Shown piece by piece: positions 7,964-17,380 of a DNA stretch of 32,000 nucleotides (position 1 is its first letter; each line of letters begins with the position of its first letter). A program made the position numbers and the translations under genes. The DNA comes from Candidatus Saccharimonadota bacterium (GTDB lineage: Bacteria; Patescibacteriota; Gracilibacteria; BD1-5; UBA2023), in contig OY970170.1 in the NCBI GenBank assembly GCA_963706795.1, positions 930,001 through 962,000 of the forward strand, in the 5' to 3' direction. The notes beneath the pieces were generated by a model that was not told where the DNA came from, ran no database searches, and saw only the letters and a program-made list of their open reading frames with translations.

Positions 7964-9290
7964 TCCTCCCACCTTCTACAGGCGCAACAGATAGCGGTAC
8001 ACCCTCTGCAAACAACTGTACAAATCCAGCTTCCGGTACGCTATCACCAGTAATCTCGAAGCCACTCAAAAATCTATTGAGCGCCTCTCATTCGAGCTCG
8101 AGATGAGGTATATTCTCGAGTCTGAAATTTGCACCCAGGAAGTGGCCAGGGACAAAATTACCTCCGTCTATGCGGCCGATGCGCATGCCAAATCGGATGC
8201 AGTAGAGTTGATCGTAGAGATCGTTCACATCTGCTGGACTTTGGACAAGAAGCACGTCATTTTTGTAGCGGTAGAATCGTGCATTTGCATCTGTTGTGAT
8301 TGCAGTTGCTCCGAGCTCTTCGAGAGCACTTTTGACCATGATTTCATCACGTCAGAGGAGTCTCTCAAGGGCGTCATTACGTTGAGTTTTTCCAGATGCG
8401 GCTTGGTCTTGGGTGGATTTGAGTTTGCGGATTTTGGCGACAAAAAATCCTCCGGCGGTTTCGAGATGGGGCCAGAATCGTTTGGCGAAGGTGACTTCGA
8501 TCGCATCTCCAAAACGGGCTTTTGCAGCTTCGATGACACCTTCATTTTCGATTTTGTTGAGGGTACAGGTGGAATAGAGGAGTTCTCCATCAGGTTTGAG
8601 GGATTCGATGCCGGATTCGAGGAGTTTGGCTTGGAGTCGGGCGATGGTTTTGACGTTTTTGACATTCCAGTATTTGAGACTTTCTTCGGCTTTAAATCCG
8701 ATTCCTTCGCCGGAGCAGGGGGCGTCGAGGAGGACACGATCAAAGGCTTCTGGAATATTACGGAATTGAACACCATTGTAGTTGGTGACAGCGATATTGC
8801 ATGACCCCATGCGCTCTATATTGTCGATGAGGGCATTGATGCGGTCTTTGGCAAATTCGTTGGCGACAATGAAGGCATTTGGATAGTGCTCGGAGAGCTG
8901 GGTAGTCTTGCCGCCTGGACTTGCGGCCATTTCGAGTATTCGGTAGGGTTCGAGATGGGTTTTGCCATCTGCGAGCTGCCAGACGCTCATTGAGGCAGAT
9001 GATTCTTGGATATAAAAATCGCCTCGGAGATGCTCGAGAGTGGAGCCGAGTGCGCGTGAAGTATCATCGCGATCTACATGCCAAACGCGACCATTATCTG
9101 TTGGTGAGAAATGCCAACCACGGGATTCCATCTTGGTGCGAAATACCGCAGGATCGACACGATTTTCGTTGATGCGGATGGTTTTTTTGAGGGGACGTAA
9201 GAGACTTCCTTTAAATTTGATGAATTCTTCGGGGGAGTTAGTAAAAAATTCGGTCTGGAAATAGTCGAGAAAGCCTTGAGAAATTGACAT
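7926..9290 (-). CDS. rsmF: rRNA (cytosine-C5)-methyltransferase, RsmB/RsmF (NOL1/NOP2/Sun) family
   Basis: The CDS runs from ATG 9288-9290 to TAG 7926-7928, reading through TGA at 8352-8354 and 8088-8090. Motifs are ASPGGKTT (SAM binding), DAPCSGEG and YSTCT (the catalytic Cys pair). The C-terminal tail GRIKNLFPRSWLR resembles the RsmF C-terminal domain and is only reached by reading TGA as Gly. The symbol is tentative and reflects family-level similarity only. Confidence 0.8.
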
Positions 9291-9346
9291 CAGATAGCAT
9301 TTTTGAAAAACGCACTATACTCGGTTTTGTTTTTTTGAAAAAATCT

Positions 9347-9982
9347 ATGCAAGAACTTATTCAGCTCATCTCTTCAGAATTTGCAGAACTTCTCACTCCA
9401 GTGGGTGTTTTTGCACTCATTAACATCATATTCATTGATGTGATCATGAGTGGTGACAATGCTTTATTGATCGGAATGGCAACCAAAAATCTCCCACTTA
9501 AGGAGCGTAAAAAAGCGATCTTCTGGGGAGTAATACTCGCAACTATCTTGCGTGTTATTTTTGCAGTATTTGCGCTGTACTTGCTCGGTATTATCGGAGT
9601 TCGACTTGCTGGTGGATTGCTTCTGATGTATGTAGTGTACAAGCTTTTTCGAGAAATCCGTCATGAGATGGCTCCAAAGGCTGAGAAGGAAGCTATTCCT
9701 ACAACACTCAAGGCGGCTGTGACGAGTATCATCATCGCAGACGTTTCGATGAGTCTCGACAATGTCCTCGCAGTTGCAGGAGCATCACATGGAAATGTTG
9801 TAGCGCTTGGAATTGGTCTTATTATCTCGATCATACTCATGGCAGTAGCATCGAACTTCATGGCTGTTGCGCTTCAGAAATATCCAAAGATTCAGTGGGT
9901 TGGACTCATCGTACTGCTCTATGTTGCAGGACATATGATATATAGTGGGGGAGTGGAAGTGTTTGGATTCATGGCGCAATAA
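9347..9982 (+). CDS. TerC/YjbE-family integral membrane protein
   Basis: The CDS runs from ATG 9347 (in frame with track ORF 9284..9982) to TAA 9980-9982. It carries the duplicated motifs IMSGDNALLIG and DVSMSLDNVLAVAGA typical of the TerC family. Confidence 0.75.
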   Translation: MQELIQLISSEFAELLTPVGVFALINIIFIDVIMSGDNALLIGMATKNLPLKERKKAIFWGVILATILRVIFAVFALYLLGIIGVRLAGGLLLMYVVYKLFREIRHEMAPKAEKEAIPTTLKAAVTSIIIADVSMSLDNVLAVAGASHGNVVALGIGLIISIILMAVASNFMAVALQKYPKIQWVGLIVLLYVAGHMIYSGGVEVFGFMAQ

Positions 9983-10000
9983 ATACGCTTGAGAAATAAT

Positions 10001-10035
10001 AAAGAGCATACCGGTTCATTGGTATGCTCTTTTTA
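10001..10035. terminator. Bidirectional intrinsic terminator between the terC-family gene and smpB
   Basis: A 10-bp stem agagcatacc/ggtatgctct (10003-10012 with 10021-10030) has a T-run on the plus side and a T-rich tract on the minus side. It lies between convergent stop codons. Confidence 0.8.
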
Positions 10036-10491
10036 TATTCGGATCTGCATAGCTTTGCGTGCTTCTTTGTCGAGGGTGCGTTTTTTGAGGACGTCACGTT
10101 TGTCATAGCTGGCTCGTCAACGTGCGAGGGAGACGGTGAGTTTGATGAGTGAGCCCTTGAGATAGACTTCTGTTGGGATGATGGTAAGCCCCTTTTCTTT
10201 GATTTTACCGGCGAGATAGTCGATGTCTTTGCGCTTTAAGAAAATAGCTCGCTCGCGTGTTGGGTCTGTGGCGAGATAGGAAGTGCCGGATTTATAGGGT
10301 GTAATATGCATCCCAAAAATGACTGGGCGACCGGAATGGAGACTCACATGGGCACCTCTGAGATTGACTGCTCAGGCTCGAATACTTTTTACTTCTGCTC
10401 CAGTAAGCTTGATCCCTGCCTCGTAACTCGAAAGAACCTCATAATCAAAGAGGGCTTTTTTGTTTTTGTGGATCGAGGTGGTTTGGGTCAT
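10033..10491 (-). CDS. smpB: SsrA-binding protein SmpB
   Basis: The CDS runs from ATG 10489-10491 to TAA 10033-10035, with in-frame TGA at 10372-10374 and 10117-10119. Sequence: ..[38 protein letters not shown]......[48 protein letters not shown]. Confidence 0.9.
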
Positions 10492-10504
10492 GGAGGAAGG
10501 AGAA

Positions 10505-11179
10505 TTACTTCCCAAAATTTCGTTTTGCGTTTTTGAGGCTGTTTAAGGCCTTATAAGTTTCTTCTTCACTAAAATCTGGCCAGAGCGTCTCGGTAAAATA
10601 ATACTCGGAATATTCTGCCTGGTAGAGGAAATATCCAGAATGTCGACAATCGCCGCCCGTTCGGATTATGAGATCTGGAGCAGGGAAGCGACCAGAATCG
10701 AGGTATTGCAAAAAGCTCTTCTCATTGAGCGTTGCAGGGTCGATACCTTCCTCGATTGCACGTTTGGTGGCGCGAATAATTTCGTCTTGGCCACCGTATC
10801 CAATAGCAAGGATGCAGGTGTGTTCAGTGCAATCTTTTGTGGATTCTCGGGCGAGATCGAGGGCAGCATTGACATCAGCAGGGAGAAGATCGAGATTACC
10901 GATGGTCTCAAATTTGACGCTCTGGGCGACCATTTTTGGAGTGAGTCGGACGATTTCTTTTTTGAGAAGTGCGTAGATATGGGAGAGTTCGTCTTCGCTT
11001 CGTTCTTCGATATTCTTTTTAGCGAGCGCCCAAAAACTGACAAATTCGATACCTTCTCGGACACAGAGTTCGAGCGTTTGGTCGAGTACATTCACTCATT
11101 CGGAGTGCCCGTACTTCTTGAGAATGTTGCGTGCAGTCGCCCAGCGGCGATTGCCATCCATGATGAATCCTATGTGCAT
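10505..11179 (-). CDS. uppS: Isoprenyl transferase (undecaprenyl-diphosphate synthase)
   Basis: The CDS runs from ATG 11177-11179 to TAA 10505-10507, with TGA at 11096-11098 inside GHSEG. Signature sequences are [13 protein letters not shown] and [33 protein letters not shown]. Confidence 0.9.
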
Positions 11180-11180
11180 G

Positions 11181-11570
11181 TTATTTTCGTGCGTCGAGAT
11201 AACTTTGTAGAAGAATACTTGCCGCTATATCGTCGATGTGTCCGCTTGTTTCCATTCCTGCTTCTTCGAGAGAGAGCAGGGCTTCACTTGTGGTGAGTCG
11301 TTCGTCCCAGAGTTCAACCTTGCAGCGCGGGAATCGTGCTCGAATCTGTCCGGCAAACATCCTTTGGATCTCTGATTGTTTCGATGCACGTCCGTCGAGA
11401 TGGCGAGCAATACCAATAACGATGGTATCGACGGCCTTTTCGGGAATAAGCACATCGAGCTTTGCTACGAGTTCCTTCGTTGGAACGGTTGAATAGGGAA
11501 GTGCGACACCTGCGATTTCGAGGGCAAGACCGCACTTACTCGTACCGTGATCGATAGCTAGGACGCTCAT
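11181..11570 (-). CDS. ruvX: Putative pre-16S rRNA nuclease / Holliday-junction-resolvase-like protein YqgF
   Basis: Intact 129-aa ORF ending in TAA. Sequence: MSVLAIDHGTSKCGLAL....VELWDERLTTSEA. Its ATG overlaps the TGA of rplI in an ATGA arrangement. Confidence 0.85.
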   Translation of the reverse strand: MSVLAIDHGTSKCGLALEIAGVALPYSTVPTKELVAKLDVLIPEKAVDTIVIGIARHLDGRASKQSEIQRMFAGQIRARFPRCKVELWDERLTTSEALLSLEEAGMETSGHIDDIAASILLQSYLDARK

Positions 11571-12028
11571 ACAATGACTTCAACGGTCATGCGGATATAG
11601 GTGTCTTCACCGAGATGAACCTTGATATCGGTCTTACCAGCAGTCTTGATGTGGTGACCTTCAGGCAGGATGATGTGGCGCTTTTCGAGCTCTACGCTGA
11701 ACTCCTGCTTGATCTTGGCAATGATCTCGTGTTCGCCGATTCCGCCAAATACCTTTTCACCGCTTCCACGAAGAGAAAACTCCAATGTTTTTGCATGGAG
11801 CTGCTCTGCAATTTTATGACGTGATTCGATGAGATGACGGCGATTATCCTGCTGCTTTTTCGTTTTGTCAGCTTCTTCTTTGATGAATTTTTCATCAACT
11901 TCCATCGCGAATTTTTTGGGAATGAGGAAATTTCGTGCCTGTGAACGGCTCACTGATACGATTTCACCTTCTTTTCCAATACCCGCGAGTCGGGTGAGAA
12001 GCTTGACGGAGACTTTGTCGTTAGCCAT
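11558..12028 (-). CDS. rplI: 50S ribosomal protein L9
   Basis: Sequence: MANDKVSVKLLTRLAGIGKEGEIVSVSRSQARNFLIPKKFA... The standard-code end is TGA at 11567-11569. Under table 25 there are 3 more codons (G-A-S) before TAG at 11558-11560. Confidence 0.9.
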
Positions 12029-12040
12029 CTGAGGAGGGGA

Positions 12041-13156
12041 TTATTCTTCGTCTGTAGTGCTGTTTTCGACTACGAAAGTCGGAGGTACTTCTGTAGATTT
12101 TTCTGCTTCGATTGTTTCGAGAATGATCTTAAATCCGAGAAGCTCTGAAGCGAGATTGATATTAACTCCGCCCTTTCCGAGAACCTTTGGTTTTTCTTCA
12201 GAAGTTACCACCGCAGTGATGATGCGAGCTTCTTCATTGATAGATACACTGACAACTTCACCTGGAACGAGCGAAGCCTTTGCGAGGTCGCGCATATCAG
12301 GAGTATAGTTGATGATGTCGATTTTTTCTCCGAAGAGTTCGTCAACGACTGCCTTAACACGGATACCCTTTGGTCCGATGAGCGAACCTGCTGGGTCTAC
12401 TTCATCGTATTCGGTAGCAACGATAAGCTTTGTCTTTACGCCAGGAATACGAGTGAGAGAGACGATTTCAACTGTGCCGTCCTCGAGTTCTGGAACATTC
12501 ATTTCGAAGAGTTTAGCAACGATTTCTTTATCCTTGCGAGTGAGGGTAACGCGTGGACCAGTGAGCGTGTCTTCCTCGACCTTTCCGACGTAGAGATACA
12601 TGCGCTGTCCTGGCGTGTAGTGATCTTTTGAAACCTGTTCAGATTTTGGAAGAATGACCTGATTGCCATTGTAATCAAAAACAACACGATTTTTTTCAAC
12701 GAGTTCAACACGGAGATTGACGAGTTCACCTTCTTTGTCCTTGAAGAGATTGAAGATTTTTTCTTTCTCAGTTTCTTGAATCTTTTGAACGATAACCTGG
12801 CGTGCAGCCTGAGAAGCGATTCGTCCGAAACCTTCGCTATTCATAACTTCGTCAGTCACGTCGATTTCGAGAGTATCTCCAATCGAAAATCCATCAGCGT
12901 CATCACCAAGATCAGCAAGAGACATCTGAGTCTCAGGGTCTTCTACAGTCTCGACGATGGTTTTTTCGAGGGTGATTTCCATAGTTCCGGCTTCAACGTC
13001 GAACTTTACGTTTACGTTAGAATCCTTGCTTCCAAAGTCCTTCTTGTAAGCAGTCTTGATAGCGGCTTCGATGATTTCGAGGAGCTTCTCTCGTGGAATC
13101 TTCTTTTCGGTAGCGATCTGATTGATCGCAGCTTCGATTTTTTTAAGGTCGATCAT
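12041..13156 (-). CDS. nusA: Transcription termination/antitermination factor NusA
   Basis: Intact 371-aa ORF ending in TAA at 12041-12043. It has an N-terminal NusA domain, an S1-like region and KH-like regions (..GPRVTLTRKD.., ..LIGPKGIRVKAVVDEL.., ..VLGKGGVNINLASELLG..). Confidence 0.9.
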   Translation of the reverse strand: MIDLKKIEAAINQIATEKKIPREKLLEIIEAAIKTAYKKDFGSKDSNVNVKFDVEAGTMEITLEKTIVETVEDPETQMSLADLGDDADGFSIGDTLEIDVTDEVMNSEGFGRIASQAARQVIVQKIQETEKEKIFNLFKDKEGELVNLRVELVEKNRVVFDYNGNQVILPKSEQVSKDHYTPGQRMYLYVGKVEEDTLTGPRVTLTRKDKEIVAKLFEMNVPELEDGTVEIVSLTRIPGVKTKLIVATEYDEVDPAGSLIGPKGIRVKAVVDELFGEKIDIINYTPDMRDLAKASLVPGEVVSVSINEEARIITAVVTSEEKPKVLGKGGVNINLASELLGFKIILETIEAEKSTEVPPTFVVENSTTDEE

Positions 13157-13454
13157 GTGGAAAAAGTAACAAAAAAGAATTTGTGCTGGCCAAATTCTCG
13201 TAACGCAAGGAGTATATGGAGAGATGTGGAAATCTCAAGAAAAAACATGGATTTTGTTCGTGCGTTTTCTTATCAGGTGAGTGATAGGGGATTGATCGCA
13301 GCTTTTGCTCTATAGGATGCAATTATTACTGGATTATTAATTTCTTAATCCAAATTTAAATTCTATTTTGACAATTCGTCAGGTTTTTTGAATATCGACT
13401 GTACTTTCAGATACGCGATCTCGAAACGAATATTCAATCAAAAAGGAATTCCTT

Positions 13455-14345
13455 ATGTTTAATAACAAAATGATTATGGGTGCAATAATGAGTGTATTCT
13501 TGCTTCTTACTGGCTTTTTTGTAGTACAGAATCAAGAGGCGACTCATCGGGTAGATACGAATGTACAAGAGAAAAACACTCAAGCACACTCAAATCCTGC
13601 ACACTCAAGCTCAAATCAAACGTCTGCAACTGGTAGTTGGGGTTCATCTCCATTTGGAAGTGGACAAACAGTCGCTCTTCACTCTCAGCCAGCAAATACA
13701 CACTTCCAAAAATCCAATCTCGAATGGAAATCAAGAACCATCCAACTCAAGGACGGAAGATCGGTTACCTATGAGTTTGGTAAAGGAAATCCTTCAGAAG
13801 TTGCTCTGACTACCGACCAGATAAAAGTAGCCTACAAGAGTTGTAGTGGGGGTATAGATGGTGAGTTTTGTTCGGAAGATTCGGGCTATATCTCGCCCGA
13901 GGTAGAATCAAATCTCCTTGCTGCTCTTGGGGATCCTAATTGGCAGACACTTTTGGAGAAATGTAGTCAGCAGCTTAAAGTGCAAGAGCCATTCAATGAT
14001 TCGCGAAACAAGGGCGTACTTACGTATGCTCAGGTTTTTAGTCCGGAGTATCGTGAGATAGAAAAGTGGATTACTGTAGACATAACAACTGGAAGAAAAG
14101 CTCTAAATATTGATCGTGTATCTCATCTTTATAAGTGGTTATACGTCAGTACTGATGTAGTTCAGAAGGCATATAGTGGTACAGATTCTGCACTGCAGAT
14201 TACCTCTGATTGCGTGGATGTGTATGGAAAAGAAATTCTGCGTCGTCTTCTCGTAGCTGAAACATACTATCGAAGACCGCCAGGAGTATTCTGACCTCTT
14301 CCCAAGAAATGGCTAGATCCAAAATTGTATAAAATTATTGAATAA
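13455..14345 (+). CDS. Hypothetical secreted or membrane-anchored protein
   Basis: ATG at 13455 is followed by an N-terminal hydrophobic helix (IMGAIMSVFLLLTGFFVV). TGA at 14292-14294 is read through for 16 more codons to TAA at 14343-14345. I recognise no family. Confidence 0.6.
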
Positions 14346-14379
14346 ACCAAGAAAGGAGGGGTCTATGATGTAAGTGAAT

Positions 14380-14388
14380 TGCTATAAT
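14380..14388 (+). promoter_or_regulatory. Extended -10 promoter element TGcTATAAT
   Basis: A perfect TATAAT at 14383-14388 is preceded by TGc. It lies 38 nt upstream of the GTG start of the CHAP gene, whose AGGAG sits at 14414-14418. Confidence 0.5.
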
Positions 14389-14425
14389 TTCGTAGTTTCT
14401 CATTTTCAATTCTAGGAGTCTTATT

Positions 14426-15145
14426 GTGAGTCGTTCTTATATCTCTGCTGTTGTTCTTGCAGTATTTGCACTTTTTTCTCAACCAGCTTCGTCGGCTGTA
14501 CAAGTTGCACCGGCAAATCGGGTAAATCTTTTCCTTGATAGTGCAAGTCCATTTACCACAAATGACTGGACTGTTGGTGTTATGGGATCTGTAAATGTGA
14601 AAATTCTCAAGTCCACAGCAAATAGCGTGGATAATTTTCTTGCTGCTATGAACGCTGCTGATATTGGTATTTCTGATGGCAAACGCTTTAAGTATGATCC
14701 ACAATTTTTTGTGGATTCAGCCTATGCGAGGGTTAATGATACAAAGAGTATTTATACTGGTCAATGTGTCGATTTTGCTAAACTCATGATCAGTAACTCT
14801 TCTGCAACGAGCTCATGGCATGCTGGTAAGAGCTTGGCAACTATTCCAAATAATCAACTTGCAACCTCCGTTGTTCCAGGAACAATGATTGCCTATTTCG
14901 CTGGACTTTCTACGTATCCTGCTAAAACAGGGCATGTAGCTATTGTCCTTAGTTGGCTCTTTGATGCTAATGGAAAACCACTTGGCGTGAATGTGGTTGA
15001 TCAAAACTTTTTGCTCTCATCAGTTACAGTCAATGGTGTCAACAAGGGTGTAATGGATCAAACCATATCCAAGCACTTTTTGCCATGGACAGGCAGTTCG
15101 AACGTTGGTAGCGCCAGCAAGTACAACATCGTTGATCTCTACTAA
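14426..15145 (+). CDS. Secreted CHAP-domain protein (putative peptidoglycan amidase/endopeptidase)
   Basis: GTG start at 14426 with AGGAG 7 nt upstream. It has a signal peptide (AVVLAVFALFSQPASSAVQ). The CHAP-like catalytic residues are the Cys in YTGQCVDFAKLMI and the His in TGHVAIVLSW. It ends in TAA at 15143-15145. Confidence 0.7.
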   Translation: MSRSYISAVVLAVFALFSQPASSAVQVAPANRVNLFLDSASPFTTNDWTVGVMGSVNVKILKSTANSVDNFLAAMNAADIGISDGKRFKYDPQFFVDSAYARVNDTKSIYTGQCVDFAKLMISNSSATSSWHAGKSLATIPNNQLATSVVPGTMIAYFAGLSTYPAKTGHVAIVLSWLFDANGKPLGVNVVDQNFLLSSVTVNGVNKGVMDQTISKHFLPWTGSSNVGSASKYNIVDLY

Positions 15146-15208
15146 AACAAAAACACATAAAATTTACTTTCTTATTTACATCTGTAAGTAGCGAAAGAGA
15201 TTATTTTA

Positions 15209-15233
15209 CTGCCACAGTATGTGGCAGTTTTTT
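15209..15233 (+). terminator. Intrinsic terminator
   Basis: Stem ctgccac/gtggcag (15209-15215 with 15221-15227), followed by TTTTTT. Confidence 0.75.
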
Positions 15234-15257
15234 GTTGTATCTTCATGTCCCCACTTT

Positions 15258-15285
15258 TTGCATTGCTAACAACATATGGTAAAAT
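15258..15285 (+). promoter_or_regulatory. Candidate sigma70-type promoter
   Basis: TTGCAT (15258-15263), a 16-nt spacer ending in TGg, then TAAAAT (15280-15285). It lies 29 nt upstream of the ATG at 15314. Confidence 0.45.
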
Positions 15286-15313
15286 TCAGGCGTTTTATTC
15301 ATAAAAATTATCC

Positions 15314-16348
15314 ATGCAGAATAGCAGTAATTCGACGAATGTCGGACCAGAAGAGAACGAAATGCTCGGCTTTGCAGAGCAAATCCGAGCTGGATGAGTG
15401 CCAAAAATCTCACAGTGGTTTACGCGTTTTGGTGAGTACAGAACACGCGCCATAGCAATTTTGCGAGATGATCAAGGGAATTTTCAGGATCCCACTGCAT
15501 TTATTAGCGCTCCAACAGATGAGGAAATAACTTCAGACGCAAACGAAGTGGCTACTCCTGCAGAAAACAAAAAAATTATCTCAAAAGAAGATCAGGCAAC
15601 TGTTGCCGAATATATGCGCTTAGAAGCGATCATTGTCGGACTCGCTCAAAATGCTTGGGATTGGCGAAAGGCAAATCCTGATGTTTCAGCGACTCCTCCT
15701 GCTACAGGACTCGATCAGATGCTATTTTTTGATACACTTGGTGAAGACGAAGAAACCATGAAAGCTGTCTATCACCTCATCGTTGAAGGTCGGCTTAGTA
15801 GTAAGTTGTTTGATCTCAAGGCCGGAGATAAGGCGCTCTATGCAAATGGAGTGAGGCACGGTGACGGTATTGCCGAAAAGGATCGTCTCATTAATGAAGT
15901 TCAAAAGCTCGCTCAGGCCCTCTTTATAGAAAATGATACTCAGATTGGAGGGGTCGGAGCTACACTCGCTCGTATCCACGAATACCGATCTCGTGCTGCT
16001 GATATTTTGCGAGATGGCGATGGATTTAAAGATTCAGACACTTTTATGAATGCTAAGGAAAGCAGGGAAGAAGATAAGAAAGTTGTCGCTGAATATCTCA
16101 GAATGCAGACCGAAATGCACCAGAAGACCGAATCTGGTATGGATGCAGCAATCTTCGAAGATACAACAGATCGCGAAAATTACGAAGGAGTCATGTTAGG
16201 CGAAGCCCTCTCAGATGCAGTCTTCAAGGGTACAGAAGTACCAAATGATGTACGTACTCGAGAGTCAGATCGTGACGTCATGGCTGACTGATACCAAAAT
16301 CTCGTCGCAAAGGCAGTAGCTGAAGAAGCGGCTAAAAAAGCTGAGTAG
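15314..16348 (+). CDS. Hypothetical acidic protein with an internal two-fold module duplication
   Basis: The CDS runs from ATG 15314 through TGA at 15395-15397 and 16289-16291 (both read as Gly) to TAG at 16346-16348. Two modules are related: FGEYRTRAIAILRDDQGNFQDPTAF...VAEYMRLEAI and IHEYRSRAADILRDGDGFKDSDTF...VAEYLRMQTE. Confidence 0.6.
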
Positions 16349-16371
16349 TCCGTATTTGTGTCACAAAAACT

Positions 16372-16412
16372 AATCAGAGAGTTTATTTAAAATAAATTAC
16401 TCTGATTTTTTT
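16372..16412 (+). terminator. Intrinsic terminator (long loop)
   Basis: Stem aatcagag/ctctgatt (16372-16379 with 16400-16407), followed by TTTTTTT. The 20-nt AT-rich loop lowers my confidence. Confidence 0.55.
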
Positions 16413-16459
16413 GATGCCGTCAATCTCATTTTTCGCACGCATGCAATGTCTGTGATAGC

Positions 16460-17380
16460 ATGAAACACATGAACTACACAAAAACAAAAATTCTTACAGC
16501 GCTTTTGCTCCTGTTATCAATGAATGCAGGATGGGCGACCTCATCCGTATTTGCCGAAACTCCGGTCGATGACTACGAAGAAATCCAGCTTATTGCGACT
16601 GCGTACTATTCGCCGCTTCCAAATCAGTCATTTTATTTGCGTGGGAGCTATGAAGGCGATCTTCGTCTCAATGGTAATGGTACCAATGGTGCGAGCGGGA
16701 AAGAAGTATTTATCGGGATGCTCGCTGCACCAAAAACCTATGATTTCGGAACAAAAATCTGGATCGAATGACTCGGTGTTGGATCGGTAGAAGATCGAGG
16801 TGGCGCGATTGTGCCAGCAGGGCAGCGCGGATACCAGCACGATCGTGTCGATATCTGGATGGGATCAGGTGAGCCAGGTCTCAGACGTGCTCTCAAATGG
16901 GGAAAGCGCACAGTAAAAGCGCGAATATATAATTCACCCGAAATCGCGGGTCCGATTGCTTTTAGTCTGCCACCAGTGCCTGCAGGGACGGCACCCGTAA
17001 AGAGTATCGCAGCAAAGACCATCGAGCCAACAGTCGAAGAAAAAACCGAACTCGATGCCAAGCTCGAAGCCTTTCATAAAGAAGAAGCAAAGATCCGCAA
17101 GAAGTTCGAAGCAATCGATACGCCGACTCTTGGTGAATCATCGCAGGATGTACGACTTATCCAGGAAGTGCTCATCGAACTTGGATATTTTGATCGCAGA
17201 TCCACGGGAATCTTTGGTGAATACACCGTCGATGCCATTGCCCGTTTTCAGATTGACCACAAACTCGTCCTCGGTAAGAGCGATCCAAATGCTGGCAAGC
17301 TTGGAAAACTTACCCGCGACAAGCTCATCTTCGCCACTCTTCTAGAAGGAATTGATATCGAAGAAATTGCGGCACACTAA
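16460..17380 (+). CDS. Secreted 3D-domain protein with a C-terminal PG_binding_1-like domain (putative cell-wall lytic enzyme)
   Basis: ATG at 16460 is followed by a signal peptide. TGA at 16769-16771 joins track ORFs 16460..16771 and 16811..17380, which share a frame. The 3D-like core is GTKIWIEGLGVGSVEDRGGAIVPAG...HDRVDIWMG. The PG-binding-like repeat is GESSQDVRLIQEVLIELGYFDRRSTGIFGEYTVDAIARFQ. It ends in TAA at 17378-17380. Confidence 0.7.

Noticed and set aside
8103-8804. Long ORFs antisense to, or out of frame with, annotated genes. Examples are 8103..8804+, 8225..8776-, 10640..11296+, 10666..11091-, 12776..13315+, 25729..26166+, 26636..27166-, 27818..28237-, 28558..28992-, 17406..17753-, 19937..20245- and 31334..31786-.
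   Set aside because: They are shadow ORFs overlapping genes with strong family signatures on the other strand or frame. Their translations are low-complexity or compositionally odd and have no start signals.
9291-9346. A possible yybP-ykoY (Mn2+) riboswitch upstream of the TerC-family gene.
   Set aside because: Only about 56 nt separate the divergent rsmF-like start from the terC-family ATG. That is too short for the four-way junction, and I saw no conserved riboswitch core sequence.
9983-10505. A tmRNA (ssrA) gene next to smpB.
   Set aside because: The flanks of smpB hold only a short terminator on one side and uppS 13 nt away on the other. I saw no tRNA-like acceptor or T-arm sequence.
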